64,000 bases of DNA from an uncultured Pelagibacteraceae bacterium. Its GTDB lineage: Bacteria > Pseudomonadota > Alphaproteobacteria > Pelagibacterales > Pelagibacteraceae. Every line of letters starts with the position of its first letter. The stretch's first letter is position 1. The stretch covers positions 10,502 through 74,501 of the forward strand of contig CACMUH010000002.1 in assembly GCA_902616875.1 (NCBI GenBank), read 5' to 3'. This document shows, piece by piece, positions 50,273 through 60,236 of this stretch. The notes under the pieces were generated by a model. That model had not been told where the DNA came from and made no database searches. It was given only the letters and a program-made list of their open reading frames with translations. A program made the translations under genes and the position numbers.

Positions 50273-51331
50273 ATGAAAAACTTAAAAAAATTACCATTAA
50301 TTCTATCACTATTATCATTCTTAACAATTTTTGTACCAGCTAACGCTGAAATTAAAGTAGTTGCAGCAATAAAACCAATCCATTCTCTTGCAAGTTATTT
50401 AATGGATGGTGTTGCTAAACCAGATTTAATTGTTGATGGTTATGCTTCCCCACATGGATTTGCACTTAAGCCATCACACGCAAAAATGATACAAAATGCT
50501 GATATTATATTTTGGGTTGGTGAGGATATCGAAACCTTTTTAGAGAAACCATTAAAAACAATTGCAAAAGATGCTGAAAAAATCGAATTAATGGAAATTA
50601 AAGGTTTAACTAAACTTAAATTTAGAGAAAGAAATATTTTTGAAGGTCATGATGATCATGGTCATAAGGAAGATGATCATGACGATCATGCTAAGAAAGA
50701 AGATGATCATGATGACCACGACCATGATAAAAAAGAGAAGGAACATGGTCATGATGAACACGATCATGATAAAAAAGGTCATAAAAAAGATGATCACGAT
50801 GACCATGGACACGAGGGACATGCTCACGGAGAGTTTGATCCACACATATGGCTTGATCCGATGAATGCAAAAATAATTTTAAGTGAAATGGCAGAACACT
50901 TAATTGAAAATGATCCAAAAAATGAGGCAAAATATAAAGCAAATTTAAAAAACGCTCATAAAGATTTAGATAAACTAACTAAGAAAGTTCAATCTGAATT
51001 AAACAAAGAATTCAAATCAATAGTTTTTCACGATGCCTATCAATACTTTGAAAAAAGATTTGGGATAAATATTCTTGGGGCATTTACAGTGAACACTGAT
51101 GTTATGCCAGGTGCTGAACAATTAGCTGAAATCAGAGAGGTAATTGAGCATGATAAAGTTAGTTGTATATTTTCAGAGCCTCAATTTAATCCCGATATTA
51201 TTAAAGCTGTAGCAAAAGATACTAATGTTGCAACAGGTGTAATCGATCCATTAGGAGCTACACTTGATCCAGGTAAGGATTTATATTTTGATTTAATTGG
51301 CAATATGTCAAAATCTTTCAAAGGTTGTTAA
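50273..51331 (+). CDS. znuA: Zinc ABC transporter substrate-binding protein
   Basis: IKPIHSL, SPHG, His/Asp-rich loop, DPHIWLDP, FHDAYQYF, EPQF. Start moved to ATG 50273, since the upstream in-frame region is the Zur operator. Confidence 0.95.
   Translation: MKNLKKLPLILSLLSFLTIFVPANAEIKVVAAIKPIHSLASYLMDGVAKPDLIVDGYASPHGFALKPSHAKMIQNADIIFWVGEDIETFLEKPLKTIAKDAEKIELMEIKGLTKLKFRERNIFEGHDDHGHKEDDHDDHAKKEDDHDDHDHDKKEKEHGHDEHDHDKKGHKKDDHDDHGHEGHAHGEFDPHIWLDPMNAKIILSEMAEHLIENDPKNEAKYKANLKNAHKDLDKLTKKVQSELNKEFKSIVFHDAYQYFEKRFGINILGAFTVNTDVMPGAEQLAEIREVIEHDKVSCIFSEPQFNPDIIKAVAKDTNVATGVIDPLGATLDPGKDLYFDLIGNMSKSFKGC
50645..50830 (+). repeat. Low-complexity His/Asp repeats (GAT-GAT-CAT type) encoding the ZnuA loop
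   Basis: Repeated KEDDHDDH / HDHDKK units; 18 His by manual count. Confidence 0.85.
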
Positions 51332-51373
51332 TTAGAAATTGATATTTAGTTATAAATAATATCTAATAATGGG

Positions 51374-52372
51374 ATGAGTACAGTTTCCCTTACATTAGAT
51401 GAAATTTTTGATTTAGCCAAAAAAACTTTATTAGCTAATGGTTGTGATGATGAAACAGCTTCTATTCTGTCTGACCTGATTAGAAATGCCGAACGGGATG
51501 GATCTTTATCTCATGGTTTGTTTAGGTTACCTGCATATGTAAGTGGTTTAAAAAGTGGAAAAATTAATGGTAAAGGAAAGCCTGAAATTAAAAAAATTTC
51601 TTCATCAGTTATAAAAGTTCAAGGGAATAATTGTTTAGCCCCAGTAGTTTTAAATAAAGGGTTGCCTGAATTAGCTAAGGCCGCAAAAGAAAATGGCGTA
51701 GCAGTGCTCGCAATAAATAATTCTCATCATATGGCAGCGATGTGGCCTGAAACAGAAAAGTTAGCAGAAGAAGGTTTGGTTGCTTTTGCATGCACATCAT
51801 ACAAACCTGCTGTAGCACCTGCTGGTGCAATCAAACCATTGTTTGGAACAAATCCGATTTCATTTGCTTGGCCGCGACCTGGTAAAACTCCAGTCGTTTA
51901 TGATATGGCCACAGCATCAATGGCAATGGGAGAAGTCCAAGTTGCTAAAAGAGAAGGGCACAAGGTTCCACTTGGAACTGGTTTAACTAAAGATGGTAAA
52001 GAGACTACTGATCCAGGTGCAATTGCAGATGGTGGTGTATTACTTCCTTTTGGCGGCTATAAGGGTTCAGCAATAGCTATGATGGTTGAGTTAATGGCTG
52101 GTGCTTTGGTTGGTGATAATTTTAGTTTTGAAACAGCGGCTAAAGATAATAATGATGGTGGACCACCAAGCGGGGGAGAATTTATCATTGCAATTTCACC
52201 TGACAAAACCTCAGGAACAAATTGGCAAAAACATGCAGATGAATTTTTTGATAAAATGAAATCTTTTGATGGAGTTAGACTTCCAGGTGAAAGAAGACAC
52301 AAAAATAGATTAGATAAAGGCCCTCGAAATATTAATGAAGACTTGGTTAATAAAATAAAATCTCTAAGCTAA
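51374..52372 (+). CDS. Type 2 Ldh/Mdh-family oxidoreductase, DpkA/LhpD-like
   Basis: SHGLFRL, SHHMAAMWPE (DpkA-like), FGTNPI, DMATA, LPFGGYKGS, RLPG. Confidence 0.85.
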   Translation: MSTVSLTLDEIFDLAKKTLLANGCDDETASILSDLIRNAERDGSLSHGLFRLPAYVSGLKSGKINGKGKPEIKKISSSVIKVQGNNCLAPVVLNKGLPELAKAAKENGVAVLAINNSHHMAAMWPETEKLAEEGLVAFACTSYKPAVAPAGAIKPLFGTNPISFAWPRPGKTPVVYDMATASMAMGEVQVAKREGHKVPLGTGLTKDGKETTDPGAIADGGVLLPFGGYKGSAIAMMVELMAGALVGDNFSFETAAKDNNDGGPPSGGEFIIAISPDKTSGTNWQKHADEFFDKMKSFDGVRLPGERRHKNRLDKGPRNINEDLVNKIKSLS

Positions 52373-53140
52373 AGTAATTTCAATCGGTGTATGATCTGAA
52401 GGTTTTTCACGACCTCTTGGATCTTTATTAATATTTATACCTTTAATTTGATCAATCAAAGAATTTGAAACTAAGAAGTGATCAATTCGCATCCCATTAT
52501 TTTTTTGCCAAGCACCTCTCATGTAGTCCCAAAAGGTATAACCTTCCTTAGTTTCATTAAAATGTCTATAGACATCACTAAAACCAAGGTTGATCATTTC
52601 TCTTAATTTTTTTCTTATTTCTAATCTAAACAGAGCATCATCCTCAAAACTTTTTGGATTATAAACATCTTCAGGTGCTGGAATAATGTTAAAATCTCCA
52701 GCAAGAATAATATTTGAATTTTTTTTACTTAAACTCTTTAATTGTTTAATTAAATCATCCAACCATTGTTTCTTGTATTTATATTTATCCGTATCTACAG
52801 GATTTCCATTAGGTGTATAAATGTTTATTAATTGAATATTTTTCTTTTTATATTCCAGTTCAGCTGAAATTATTCTCGATTGCTTCAGTTTATCTTTGAT
52901 TAAGTCAGTTTTAATATTTTTTAATTTACCTTTAGATATAATTGCAACCCCATTATAATTTTTTTGGCCAAACACGTGACTTTCATAATCCATTGCAGAA
53001 AAATCATCATAGGGAAAGTTTACATCCTCTGTTTTGATTTCCTGCATCATTAGGATATCTGGTTTATATTTTAAGAGATAACTTTTGATATTATCTATAC
53101 GAGCTCTCACAGAATTTACATTCCATGAAGAAATAATCAT
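52364..53140 (-). CDS. xthA: Exodeoxyribonuclease III
   Basis: SWNVNSVRAR, QEIK, YNGVAI, GDFN, RIDH, PSDH. Start set to ATG 53140. Confidence 0.96.
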   Translation of the reverse strand: MIISSWNVNSVRARIDNIKSYLLKYKPDILMMQEIKTEDVNFPYDDFSAMDYESHVFGQKNYNGVAIISKGKLKNIKTDLIKDKLKQSRIISAELEYKKKNIQLINIYTPNGNPVDTDKYKYKKQWLDDLIKQLKSLSKKNSNIILAGDFNIIPAPEDVYNPKSFEDDALFRLEIRKKLREMINLGFSDVYRHFNETKEGYTFWDYMRGAWQKNNGMRIDHFLVSNSLIDQIKGININKDPRGREKPSDHTPIEITLA

Positions 53141-53457
53141 TAAAGAGAAAAAGAAACACCACAACCACAAGATGACTTAGTTTGTGGATTTGTTATCTTA
53201 AATTGTTCACCAATTAATTCTGAAACATAATCAACTTCAGAGCCTTTTAATAAATCTGCTGAAGTTTTATCAATTAAAATATTTTCAAAGTTTAAATCAT
53301 CTTTTGATTTTTCTTTATCAAAAGTGAATTCGTATTGAAATCCTGAACAACCACCACCTTTAATGGCGATTCTAAAAAAAGACCCTTTATCTTTTTTAGA
53401 CAGCAATACATTGATCTGTTTTAGTGCTTTATCAGTAAATTTAATTTCTTTAATCAT
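53140..53457 (-). CDS. erpA: A-type Fe-S carrier (ErpA/IscA/HesB)
   Basis: GGGCSGFQY and CGCGVSF; xthA/dgt synteny. Confidence 0.9.
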   Translation of the reverse strand: MIKEIKFTDKALKQINVLLSKKDKGSFFRIAIKGGGCSGFQYEFTFDKEKSKDDLNFENILIDKTSADLLKGSEVDYVSELIGEQFKITNPQTKSSCGCGVSFSL

Positions 53458-53507
53458 AATTGATCACTGGTATTAGTAATATAATACTTAATATTTTATT
53501 TTAAAGG

Positions 53508-54626
53508 ATGAAAAAATACTCAAAGATAGGTCAATTCAAAAGTAAAGGTAGGATATTTAAGGAATCTTTGTCAAAATATAGATCACCTTATCAAAGAGAT
53601 AGAGATCGTATTATTCATAGTGCTTCATTTAGAAGATTGAAACATAAAACGCAGGTATTTGTGAATACTGAAGGGGATCATTATAGAACTCGAATTACTC
53701 ACTCTATGGAGGTTGCTCAAATAGCAAGATCCATTGCTAGATATTTCAGTTTGAACGAGGACTTAGCAGAAACACTCAGTTTAGCGCACGATTTGGGCCA
53801 CACTCCTTTCGGTCATGCAGGTGAAGATGCTTTGAATGAATGTATGAGCATTCATGGAGGGTTTGATCACAATTTACAAACATTAAGAATTGTTATGTTT
53901 TTAGAAAATAAGTATTTGAAATTTAGTGGCTTAAATCTTTCTGTTGAAACATTAGAGGGACTTTTAAAACACAATGGTCCAGTTGAAGATTTTCATTTAG
54001 TTGATGAATTGATAGGTGTTAAAAAATTTAAAAACATGATTAATTTTAATACCTTTCCATCACTAGAGGCTCAAATTTCATCTATATCTGATGATATTGC
54101 TTATAATAACCATGACATACAAGATGGCATCAAAGCGAACTTATTTAGATTAGAAGAGTTAGTAGAAATAGATTTTTTTAAAAATATTTATAGAAAATAT
54201 AAAAAAAAGATTAACAAAAAAAATTACAAGATTGCAACTTACCAGATTATAAGAGACTCAATTGATTTAATGATCAAAGATTTAATAAGTAATACCATCA
54301 AAAATCTTAATCAAAATAAAATTAAAAGTAGAAATGATTTGAATAAAACTGATTTTCTTATGGTTGATTTCTCTGATAAAATTAAAAATTCTGATAATGA
54401 AATTAGGTATTTTTTAAGGTCCAAAATGTACAATAACAAGAATGTGCTAAATAAAAATAATAAAGGTAAATTAATAATTAAAAGATTGTTTGCCAAAATA
54501 AGTAAAAATCCGGCAAAATTTATTTCAAAAGAGCATTTATCTAAAAACAAATATCGATCAGTTTCTGATTTTATTTCTGGTATGACTGACAGATATGCTA
54601 TCAACCTTTACAACGATATCAAATGA
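53508..54626 (+). CDS. dgt: dGTP triphosphohydrolase
   Basis: RDRDRIIHS, KTQVF, RITHS, HDLGHTPFGH, DDIAY, GMTD. Confidence 0.95.
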   Translation: MKKYSKIGQFKSKGRIFKESLSKYRSPYQRDRDRIIHSASFRRLKHKTQVFVNTEGDHYRTRITHSMEVAQIARSIARYFSLNEDLAETLSLAHDLGHTPFGHAGEDALNECMSIHGGFDHNLQTLRIVMFLENKYLKFSGLNLSVETLEGLLKHNGPVEDFHLVDELIGVKKFKNMINFNTFPSLEAQISSISDDIAYNNHDIQDGIKANLFRLEELVEIDFFKNIYRKYKKKINKKNYKIATYQIIRDSIDLMIKDLISNTIKNLNQNKIKSRNDLNKTDFLMVDFSDKIKNSDNEIRYFLRSKMYNNKNVLNKNNKGKLIIKRLFAKISKNPAKFISKEHLSKNKYRSVSDFISGMTDRYAINLYNDIK

Positions 54627-56356
54627 ACATTTTTGATCAATACTTAGACAAAATAAAAAAAATTATTTTAGATTTATCGAAAAAGGGTAAAATAATTTTG
54701 CCAGATAATTTAGATGGAATAAACACAGAAATTCCACCTGAGAAATTTAATTGTGACATTTCTACAAATGTTGCGATGGTTTTGTCAAAAATAAATAAAA
54801 AACCTCCTTTAGAATTAGCTGAAATATTAGCAAAGAGTCTTGAAAATGAGGACAAGTCAATAAAAGAAGTATCAATAGTAAAACCCGGATTTATAAATAT
54901 CAAATTTCAACCTGAGTTTTGGACAAATTTTTCAAAAGAAATCATTAAGAACGCTAAAACATTTGGAATAAATACAAACGAGCAAAAGAAAAATTATTTA
55001 ATTGAATTTGTTTCTGCCAATCCAACAGGACCTTTACATGTGGGTCATTGCCGAGGTGCTATCTTAGGAGACGTAATTTCAAATGTTTTATCATTTAATA
55101 ATCATAAAGTTACTAAAGAATATTATGTAAATGACTATGGCAATCAGATAACTAATTTCACAAAATCAGTATATTTTAGAATAAGAGAAATCAAATTTAA
55201 TGAAACTTTTCCAACAGATAATGAGGATCTTTATCCTGGTGAATATTTAATTGAGTTTGCTAATAATATCATTTCTTCAAATCCAAAAATAGATTTTACT
55301 AATTACGATGCAATATCTGAACAATTAACGAGTCTGTCTATAGACGAGGCAATAAAATTAATAAAAAAAAATCTTAGTAGCCTTGGTATAATTCACGATA
55401 ATTTCGTCAGTGAAAAAAAATTAGTGCTTAATCAAGAAGTTGAAAAAGTAGTAGAAAATCTTCAAAAAAATAAATTTGTTTATAAAGGTAAAATTAAAGC
55501 TCCAGCTGGTGAGGATGATAATAATTGGGTTGAAAGAGAACAATTACTTTTCAAATCAACCGATTTTGGTGATGACAAAGATAGAGCATTACAAAAATCT
55601 GATGGTGCTTGGACTTATTTTGCCAGTGATGTTGCCTACCATAAAAATAAATTGGATAGAAAGTTTGACTATTTAATAAATATTTTAGGCGCGGATCATG
55701 CGGGTTATATTAAAAGAATTACATCCTCTGTTGATGCTTTATCAAACTCTAAAGGAAAACTTATTTGTAAAGTTAGTCAACTTGTAAAACTTATAAAGGA
55801 TAAAAAACCATTTAAAATGTCAAAACGTAAAGGTGATTATATAACTGTCGATGATTTAATTAATGAAGTTGGAAAAGATGCTACTCGATTCATTATGTTA
55901 AATAGAAGTAATGATGTCGAACTCGATTTTGATTTTGATAATGTAATTGAAAAATCAAAAGACAATCCTTTGTATTATGTACAATATTGTTATGCTCGAA
56001 TTTCATCTGTTTTTAGACATTTGGAAATAGATTTGAAAAAAGATTTAAAGATTGACGAATACAATTTTGAATATTCTGACCATGAAATAAATATCTTAAA
56101 AAAAATATCTGAGTGGCCTAAGTGCATCGAAATCTCAAGTAAGAAGCTAGAACCACATAGAATTCCAGTTTATCTTTATGAACTAGCCTCTCTCTTTCAT
56201 TCTTACTGGAACTTGGGAAAAGATAATCCTGAAAAAAGATTTATAAATGAGAATAAGAAGATATCGAATGATAAGTTAGTTTTATTAAAACTTATATCAA
56301 ATGTTGTTAAATCTGGGATGAATATTGTAGGTGTGTCTGCTCCTGAAAAAATGTAA
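54623..56356 (+). CDS. argS: Arginyl-tRNA synthetase
   Basis: EFVSANPTGPLHVGH, GADH, KMSKR, YVQYCYARI, APEKM. Confidence 0.98.
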   Translation: MNIFDQYLDKIKKIILDLSKKGKIILPDNLDGINTEIPPEKFNCDISTNVAMVLSKINKKPPLELAEILAKSLENEDKSIKEVSIVKPGFINIKFQPEFWTNFSKEIIKNAKTFGINTNEQKKNYLIEFVSANPTGPLHVGHCRGAILGDVISNVLSFNNHKVTKEYYVNDYGNQITNFTKSVYFRIREIKFNETFPTDNEDLYPGEYLIEFANNIISSNPKIDFTNYDAISEQLTSLSIDEAIKLIKKNLSSLGIIHDNFVSEKKLVLNQEVEKVVENLQKNKFVYKGKIKAPAGEDDNNWVEREQLLFKSTDFGDDKDRALQKSDGAWTYFASDVAYHKNKLDRKFDYLINILGADHAGYIKRITSSVDALSNSKGKLICKVSQLVKLIKDKKPFKMSKRKGDYITVDDLINEVGKDATRFIMLNRSNDVELDFDFDNVIEKSKDNPLYYVQYCYARISSVFRHLEIDLKKDLKIDEYNFEYSDHEINILKKISEWPKCIEISSKKLEPHRIPVYLYELASLFHSYWNLGKDNPEKRFINENKKISNDKLVLLKLISNVVKSGMNIVGVSAPEKM

Positions 56357-56619
56357 TGTTTAAAGAAATCAAATATATTATTTTTGTTTTTATTATTGGT
56401 CTTTTTATTTTTTTTACAGCAAAATATTATTTTTCTGATGCCTATAAAAAAAAATCATATAGATCACTCAACAATATCGAAAATAAGATAAATACTTACT
56501 CAGAAAAATTACCAATTTTAGAAGATGATACGAAAAATATTATTGAATACGTTGAGCAAACAAACAATAAAAAAAAGAAAAAATTTAATTTTTGGAAATT
56601 ATTAGAAAATAATGAATAA
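56356..56619 (+). CDS. Hypothetical single-pass membrane protein (87 aa) in the ftsN/SPOR syntenic slot
   Basis: Overlaps the argS stop and nagZ start; N-terminal TM. Confidence 0.75.
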   Translation: MFKEIKYIIFVFIIGLFIFFTAKYYFSDAYKKKSYRSLNNIENKINTYSEKLPILEDDTKNIIEYVEQTNNKKKKKFNFWKLLENNE

Positions 56620-57559
56620 ACGTCGGTCATTTATTGTTGGTATCAAATCAACAAAACTTTCAGCAAAAGAAAAGTCATTTCTCAAAAAATATAAACCCTG
56701 GGGAGTTATCTTATTTACAAGAAATATTAGAAATATTGATCAAACACTAAAACTCACCACGTCAATAAGAAAATTATTTAAAGATAAAAAATATCCCATT
56801 TTAATTGATCAAGAAGGGGGTAAAGTTAACCGGTTAAAAAATATTATATCATTCGATAATTTGACTTCAGAATTTTTTGGAAAAAAATATGTTAAAAATG
56901 TAGATGAATTTAAATTTTATTATAAATTATTTATTGATAAAACTTCATATTTATTAAAATCTCTTGGTATTAATATTAATACTTCCCCTGTCTTAGATTT
57001 AAGAATTAAAGGTGCATCAAATATCATTGGGAATAGATCTTTTTCCAATAATCCCAAAATTGTATCTAAAATAGGAGATTATTGTATCAATTATTTCCAT
57101 CAAAATGGTATTGGGACAGTCATAAAGCATATTCCGGGACATGGTCTTGCAAAAGTAGATAGTCACCATTTTACTCCAATGGTAAATAAAAAATTGAGTT
57201 ATCTAACTAAGAAAGATTTTCTTCCTTTTAAAAATAAAAAAACTTTTTTTGCAATGACTGCTCACATAATTTTTACTCAAATTGATAAAGAAAATTGTGT
57301 TACTCACTCAAAAAAATTTATTAAATTAATTCGCAATAAAATTGGTTTTAAAGATATTTTGATTTCTGATGATTTATCCATGAAAAGTCTTAAGGGTAAT
57401 TTAAAGGAAAATACAATCAAAACGTTTAGTGCAGGTTGTAATTTAGCCTTACATTGTAATGGAAATTTAAATGAAATGAAAATTGTAGGAAATAATTCAC
57501 CATTGATAAATCCTTTTCTCATAAAAAAAACATCACAATTTTACAAAATTTTAAGTTAA
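56612..57559 (+). CDS. nagZ: Beta-N-acetylglucosaminidase (GH3)
   Basis: DQEGG, KHIPGHG, DSH, MTAH, SDDLSM. Confidence 0.94.
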   Translation: MNKRRSFIVGIKSTKLSAKEKSFLKKYKPWGVILFTRNIRNIDQTLKLTTSIRKLFKDKKYPILIDQEGGKVNRLKNIISFDNLTSEFFGKKYVKNVDEFKFYYKLFIDKTSYLLKSLGININTSPVLDLRIKGASNIIGNRSFSNNPKIVSKIGDYCINYFHQNGIGTVIKHIPGHGLAKVDSHHFTPMVNKKLSYLTKKDFLPFKNKKTFFAMTAHIIFTQIDKENCVTHSKKFIKLIRNKIGFKDILISDDLSMKSLKGNLKENTIKTFSAGCNLALHCNGNLNEMKIVGNNSPLINPFLIKKTSQFYKILS

Positions 57560-57568
57560 TATTGATTG

Positions 57569-58309
57569 ATGATTGAAAATGATTCTGAACTTTTTAAAGT
57601 AGATGTTGAAAATTATAATGGACCATTAGATGTCCTTTTAGATCTAGCAAAAGCTCAAAAAGTTAATCTTGAAGATATATCTATTACAAAATTAGCAGAT
57701 CAGTTTCATGATTTTATTACTCAAGAAAAAAAATTAAATTTAGAAATTGCTTCAGAATACTTATTAATGGCAACATGGTTAGCTTATTTAAAATCAAAAT
57801 TACTATTACCAGGCACCCCTGAAGAAGAGTTTAAAGTTCAAGAAGTAGCTGAAAAATTAAAACTTCAACTTAAGAAACTTGAATTAATAAGGTTATTATC
57901 TGAACAGATGCTCAAAAGAAAAAGATTAGGAAGAGAAATTAGAACTAGAGGTATGAGAGCAGGTATAAGGCCCATCTACAATAGTGAGTATAAATTAAAT
58001 TTATTTGACCTCATGAAAACCTATTCCACTATAATTATGACTAAAGATTTTCAGAGAATTAATATTCCAAAATTACCAGTTTTTACAACAGAAGAAGGTA
58101 TAAAAACTATAAAAGATTTTTTTGGAAAATTAATGGATTGGAAAAAATTAGATGATTTAATACCGAAAAGTTTTAAAAGTGGATCAAAATACAAACGAAC
58201 CGGTAAAGCAGGAATATTTGCAGGGTCTCTTGAGTTGGTCAAGGAGGGTAACCTAAGCATAAAGCAAGAAAACCTTTTTGATGATATTTATATAAAAGAA
58301 AACAAATGA
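57569..58309 (+). CDS. scpA: Segregation/condensation protein A
   Basis: GPLDVLL, YLLMATWLAYLKSKLLLP, LELVKEG. Confidence 0.94.
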   Translation: MIENDSELFKVDVENYNGPLDVLLDLAKAQKVNLEDISITKLADQFHDFITQEKKLNLEIASEYLLMATWLAYLKSKLLLPGTPEEEFKVQEVAEKLKLQLKKLELIRLLSEQMLKRKRLGREIRTRGMRAGIRPIYNSEYKLNLFDLMKTYSTIIMTKDFQRINIPKLPVFTTEEGIKTIKDFFGKLMDWKKLDDLIPKSFKSGSKYKRTGKAGIFAGSLELVKEGNLSIKQENLFDDIYIKENK

Positions 58310-59007
58310 TAAAAAAAAAGATTAAGAAAAAAGACAATATTATTAATTTTCCAACTAAATTATCTTCAATCGAAAAGGAAATTGAGGGAATTGTTTTTGC
58401 TGCTGCAGAACCATTAGATATTGAAACTATTGAAAATAAGATATCTAAAAAAACGGATGTCGAAAAAATTTTGTTAAAATTACAAGCTGAATATTCAAAT
58501 CGGGGTATTAACTTAGTTTGCATTTCTAAAAAATGGTCTTTTAGAACCTCACCTAATCTTTCAAATCTAATGACCCAAGAAAAAACTGTTGAAAAAAAAC
58601 TATCAAAAGCTGCAATAGAAACTCTTGCTATAATTGTTTATCATCAACCAGTTACTCGTGCAGAGATAGAGGAAATAAGAGGTGTAGCTTTTGGAACTAA
58701 CACCTTAGAAATTTTGATGGAATTAAATTGGGTTAAACCTGGTGGACGAAAAAATGTTCCTGGTCGACCTATTCAATATGTCACGACAGATGATTTTTTA
58801 AGTCATTTTAACTTACAAAAATTATCTGATTTACCGACAGTAGATGAACTTGGGGCCGCAGGTTTAATTGATAGTACCAATATTGATAACGCTATTTTTG
58901 GTACTGGAAAATTCTATAAAGAAAAACAAGATGATAAAAAAGAGGACATTTATTCAAATATTGATGAAATGTTAAGTAGCACTCTTGACTCGGATGAGAA
59001 GAACTAA
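58306..59007 (+). CDS. scpB: Segregation/condensation protein B
   Basis: LSKAAIETLAII-YHQPVTRAEIEEIRGV, PGRP, FL-HF-L. Confidence 0.95.
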   Translation: MIKKKIKKKDNIINFPTKLSSIEKEIEGIVFAAAEPLDIETIENKISKKTDVEKILLKLQAEYSNRGINLVCISKKWSFRTSPNLSNLMTQEKTVEKKLSKAAIETLAIIVYHQPVTRAEIEEIRGVAFGTNTLEILMELNWVKPGGRKNVPGRPIQYVTTDDFLSHFNLQKLSDLPTVDELGAAGLIDSTNIDNAIFGTGKFYKEKQDDKKEDIYSNIDEMLSSTLDSDEKN

Positions 59008-59057
59008 GCCTACAAATTAGACTTTTCAATTATTGATAAAAAGGTTATAAGTTTTCT

Positions 59058-59258
59058 ATGAGCATTGGAATTTGGCAAATAGCAATCGTTGTAATACTTG
59101 TGGTATTATTATTTGGTAGAGGAAAAATTTCTAGCCTTATGGGCGATGTAGCAAAAGGAATAAAAAGTTTTAAAAAGGGTATGGCATCAGATGTGACTGA
59201 TGACAATGAACCTAAAAATATTTCTGACGATAATCAAGATTCGAACAAAAAAGAATAA
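59058..59258 (+). CDS. tatA: Tat translocase subunit A
   Basis: LLFGRGKI...GIKSFKKG. Confidence 0.95.
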   Translation: MSIGIWQIAIVVILVVLLFGRGKISSLMGDVAKGIKSFKKGMASDVTDDNEPKNISDDNQDSNKKE

Positions 59259-59263
59259 ATCAC

Positions 59264-59476
59264 ATGCCTACTATTGGTTGGTTTGAGATTTTAATTGTAG
59301 TTGCAATAGCTATTGTAGTCTTAGGACCTAAGGACTTTCCGATAATGCTCAAAAAAGTTGGTTCATGGATCGGCTCTGCAAAAAAATATGTCAATAATAT
59401 TCAAAATGAAGTCTCAAATATTGATCTTGAAGATAATAAAATAGAAAAAAAAGAAGAAAAAAAAGATGAGTCATGA
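59264..59476 (+). CDS. tatB: Tat translocase subunit B (short)
   Basis: IGWFE...VVLGPKDFP; between tatA and tatC. Confidence 0.9.
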   Translation: MPTIGWFEILIVVAIAIVVLGPKDFPIMLKKVGSWIGSAKKYVNNIQNEVSNIDLEDNKIEKKEEKKDES

Positions 59477-60236
59477 CGAAAATGAAGGTGGCTTTGTAAG
59501 TCATTTAGCTGAGTTAAGAAAAAGACTAATTCATAGTTTTATTTTTCTAATAATCTTTTTTATAGGATGTTATTTTTTTGCTGAACATCTTTATGGTTTT
59601 TTAGTAGAACCATATGCACAAGCGGTTAAAGATGATGGAACTGATAGACGATTAATTTTCACAGCTTTACAAGAAACTTTTCTTACCTATTTGAAAGTAT
59701 CTTTTTTCACAGCTTTTTTTGTTACTTGTCCATTTATTTTAATGCAGATTTGGAAATTTATTGCTCCTGGTCTTTATAAACATGAAAAAATTGCAATTTT
59801 ACCTTATTTAGTTTTAACCCCAATCTTATTCTTACTAGGAGGTATGTTGGTTTATTACTTAATAATGCCCCTAGCGATTAAATTCTTTTTATCTTTTGAA
59901 AGTTCTGGTCTTTCAACAAATTTACCAATTCAATTAGAAGCAAAAGTAAACGAATATCTTTCATTGGTAATGAAACTTATATTCGCGTTTGGCATAAGTT
60001 TTCAATTACCTGTTGTGTTGAGTTTATTAGCTAGGGTAGGGTTAGTTGATTCTGATTTTTTAAAGAAACGAAGAAAATATGTTGTGGTTATTATATTCGC
60101 AGCTGCAGCTTTACTCACACCCCCAGATCCCATAACACAAATTGGTTTAGCGATACCTTTATTAATTCTATATGAATTATCAATATTTTCAGTAAAACTT
60201 ATTGAGAATAAAAATTTAAAAAATTCAGATGCATAA
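59466..60236 (+). CDS. tatC: Tat translocase subunit C
   Basis: HLAELRKR, FIAPGLY, FQLP, TPPD. Confidence 0.96.
   Translation: MSHDENEGGFVSHLAELRKRLIHSFIFLIIFFIGCYFFAEHLYGFLVEPYAQAVKDDGTDRRLIFTALQETFLTYLKVSFFTAFFVTCPFILMQIWKFIAPGLYKHEKIAILPYLVLTPILFLLGGMLVYYLIMPLAIKFFLSFESSGLSTNLPIQLEAKVNEYLSLVMKLIFAFGISFQLPVVLSLLARVGLVDSDFLKKRRKYVVVIIFAAAALLTPPDPITQIGLAIPLLILYELSIFSVKLIENKNLKNSDA

Noticed and set aside
50606-50942. Met/Ile-rich and His-rich alternative ORFs and a repeat array resembling CRISPR or VNTR
   Set aside because: Other frames of the ZnuA His/Asp loop; no repeat-spacer structure and no cas genes.
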